Source of the DNA: Nemertoderma westbladi
Lineage: Eukaryota; Animalia; Xenacoelomorpha
DNA length: 39,109 nucleotides
Direction: 5' to 3'
Assembly (NCBI GenBank): GCA_032718475.1
Contig: JAUCBJ010006284.1
Span: forward strand, 1 to 39,109
Within the stretch, counting starts at the first letter, position 1, and every line of letters starts with the position of its first letter. Below, piece by piece: positions 36,636-39,109 of the stretch. Below the pieces are notes generated by a model that was not told where the DNA came from, searched no databases, and saw only the letters and a program-made list of their open reading frames with translations. A program made the position numbers and the translations under genes.

Positions 36636-36685
36636 TGTTAATATCTATGATATGTGTAAAATGTATAATTGTAGTAACGTGTGCA
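36636..36685 (+). repeat. First 50 bp of the 3' LTR
   Basis: Matches 30985-31034 with one T/C difference, then switches abruptly to satellite. Confidence 0.92.
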
Positions 36686-39109
36686 CTCTTGGACTACATT
36701 TAATGAACCCAACCTCTTGGACTACCTTAATGAACCCAACCTCTTGGACTACCTGTAATGAACCCAACCTCTTGGACTACCTTAATGAACCCAACCTCTT
36801 GGACTACCTTAATGAACCCAACCTCTTCGACTACCTTTAATGAACCCAACCTCAAGCACAACCTGTAATGAACCCAACCTCTAGGACTACCTGTAATGAA
36901 CCCAACCTCTTGGACTACCTTAATGAACCCAACCTCTTGGACTACCTTAATGAACCCAACCTCTTGGACTACCTTAATGAACCCAACCTCTTGGACTACC
37001 TTAATGAACCCAACCTCTTGGACTACCTTAATGAACCCAACCTCTTGGACTACCTTAATGAACCCAACCTCTTGGACTACCTTAATGAACCCAACCTCTT
37101 GGACAACCTTTAATGAACCCAACCCCCCGGACTACCTTAATGAACCCAACCCTAGGACTACCTGTAATGAACCCAACCCTAGGACTACCTGTAATGAACC
37201 CAACCCCTAGAACTACCTGTAATGAACCCAACCTCAAGCACAACCTGTAATGAACCCAACCTCTAGGACTACCTGTAATGAACCCAACCTCTTGGACTAC
37301 CTTAATGAACCCAACCTCTTGGACTACCTTAATGAACCCAACCTCTTGGACTACCTTAATGAACCCAACCTCTTGGACTACCTTAATGAACCCAACCTCT
37401 TGGACTACCTTAATGAACCCAACCTCTTGGACTACCTTAATGAACCCAACCTCTTGGACTACCTTAATGAACCCAACCTCTTGGACTACCTTAATGAACC
37501 CAACCTCTTGGACTACCTTTAATGAACCCAACCTCAAGCACAACCTGTAATGAACCCAACCTCTAGGACTACCTGTAATGAACCCAACCTCTTGGACTAC
37601 CTTAATGAACCCAACCTCTTGGACTACCTTAATGAACCCAACCTCTTGGACTACCTTAATGAACCCAACCTCTTGGACTACCTTAATAAACCCAACCTCT
37701 TGGACTACCTTAATGAACCCAACCCCCGGACTACCTGTAATGAACCCAACCTCTAGGACTACATGTAATGAACCCAACCTCTAGGACTACCTGTAATGAA
37801 CCCAACCTCTTGGACTACCTTAATGAACCCAACCTCTTGGACTACCTTAATGAACCCAACCTCTTGGACTACCTTAATGAACCCAACCTCAAGCACAACC
37901 TGTAATGAATCCAACCTCTTGGACTACCTTTAATGAACCCAACCTCAAGCACAACCTGTAATGAACCCAACCTCTAGGACTACCTGTAATGAACCCAACC
38001 TCTTGGACTACCTTAATGAACCCAACCTCTTGGACTACCTTAATGAACCCAACCTCTTGGACTACCTGTAATGAACCCAACCTCTTGGACTACCTGTAAT
38101 GAACCCAACCTCTTGGACTACATTTAATGAACCCAACCCCCCGGACTACCTGTAATGAACCCAACCTCTCGGACTACCTGTAATGAACCCAACCTCTTGG
38201 ACTACCTTAATGAACCCAACCTCAAGCACAACCTGTAATGAACCCAACCTCTAGGACTACCTGTAATGAACCCAACCTCTTGGACTACCTTAATGAACCC
38301 AACCTCTTGGACTACCTTAATGAACCCAACCTCTTGGACTACCTTAATGAACCCAACCTCTTGGACTACCTGTAATGAACCCAACCTCTTGGACTACCTG
38401 TAATGAACCCAACCTCTTGGACTACCTTAATGAACCCAACCTCTTGGACTACCTTTAATGAACCCAACCTCTAGGACTACCTGTAATGAACCAACCTCTA
38501 GGACTACCTGTAATGAACCCAACCTCTAGGACTACCTGTAATGAACCCAACCTCTAGGACTACCTTAATGAACCCAACCTCTTGGACTACCTTAATGAAC
38601 CCAACCTCTTGGACTACCTTAATGAACCCAACCTCTTGGACTACCTGTAATGAACCCAACCTCTAGGACTACCTGTAATGAACCCAACCTCTAGGACTAC
38701 CTGTAATGAACCCAACCTCTAGGACTACCTGTAATGAACCCAACCTCTTGGACTACCTTTAATGAACCCAACCTCTAGGACTACCTGTAATGAACCCAAC
38801 CTCTAGGACTACCTGTAATGAACCCAACCCTAGGACTACCTGTAATGAACCCAACCTCTTGGACTACCTGTAATGAACCCAACCTCTCGGACTACCTGTA
38901 ATGAACCCAACCTCTCGGACTACCTGTAATGAACCCAACCTCTTGGACTACCTTAATGAACCCAACCTCTTGGACTACCTGTAATGAACCAACCTCTAGG
39001 ACTACCTGTAATGAACCCAACCCTAGGACTACCTGTAATGAACCCAACCTCTAGGACTACCTTAATGAACCCAACCTCTAGGACTACCTGTAATGAACCC
39101 AACCTCTAG
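36686..39109. repeat. 27/28-bp tandem satellite (AATGAACCCAACCTCTTGGACTACCTT / AATGAACCCAACCTCTAGGACTACCTGT), >2.4 kb, continues beyond the window
   Basis: Directly visible near-identical tandem units with a few recurring variants. Confidence 0.98.

Larger units (their letters stand above)
30985..36685 (+). mobile_element. Ty1/Copia LTR retrotransposon, GalEa-type, decayed; 3' LTR truncated
   Basis: LTR, then PBS TGGTAGCAGAGC, then gag-PR-IN-RT-RH order, then the start of a second LTR. Confidence 0.92.

Noticed and set aside
36652-38384. Many ORFs with NEPNLLDYL / VVQEVGFIK repeats
   Set aside because: Translation artefacts of a 27-bp satellite; the 28-bp variants break the frames.
36686-39109. 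CRISPR array or true telomere
   Set aside because: Units are head-to-tail with no unique spacers and no cas genes. The C-rich strand runs toward the right end, the wrong polarity for a telomere there.

Overview
Eukaryotic, most likely invertebrate animal, genomic DNA: AT-rich, with GT-AG introns and many transposon remnants. No prokaryotic operon or CRISPR structure is visible. One intact host gene is supported, and the ORF track misses it: a 5-exon + strand gene (12750-17011) for a 238-aa secreted, Cys-free, very acidic protein that I cannot assign to a family. From left to right the surrounding sequence holds: a CRE-like non-LTR remnant; two tandem, diverged, 5'-truncated BEL/Pao LTR elements on the minus strand that share 3' hairpins and carry different hairpin minisatellites; a decayed triple-CCHC ORF downstream of a Penelope-type minimal hammerhead-like motif; RTE LINE remnants; a 4.2-kb fold-back (Academ-like) element with an almost intact RTE reverse transcriptase at its centre; a GalEa-type Ty1/Copia element carrying a Kolobok-type MITE with a CTCF-like motif; and a 27/28-bp satellite that cuts off the Copia 3' LTR and runs out of the window. 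All family assignments come from motif recognition by eye; no database search was run.
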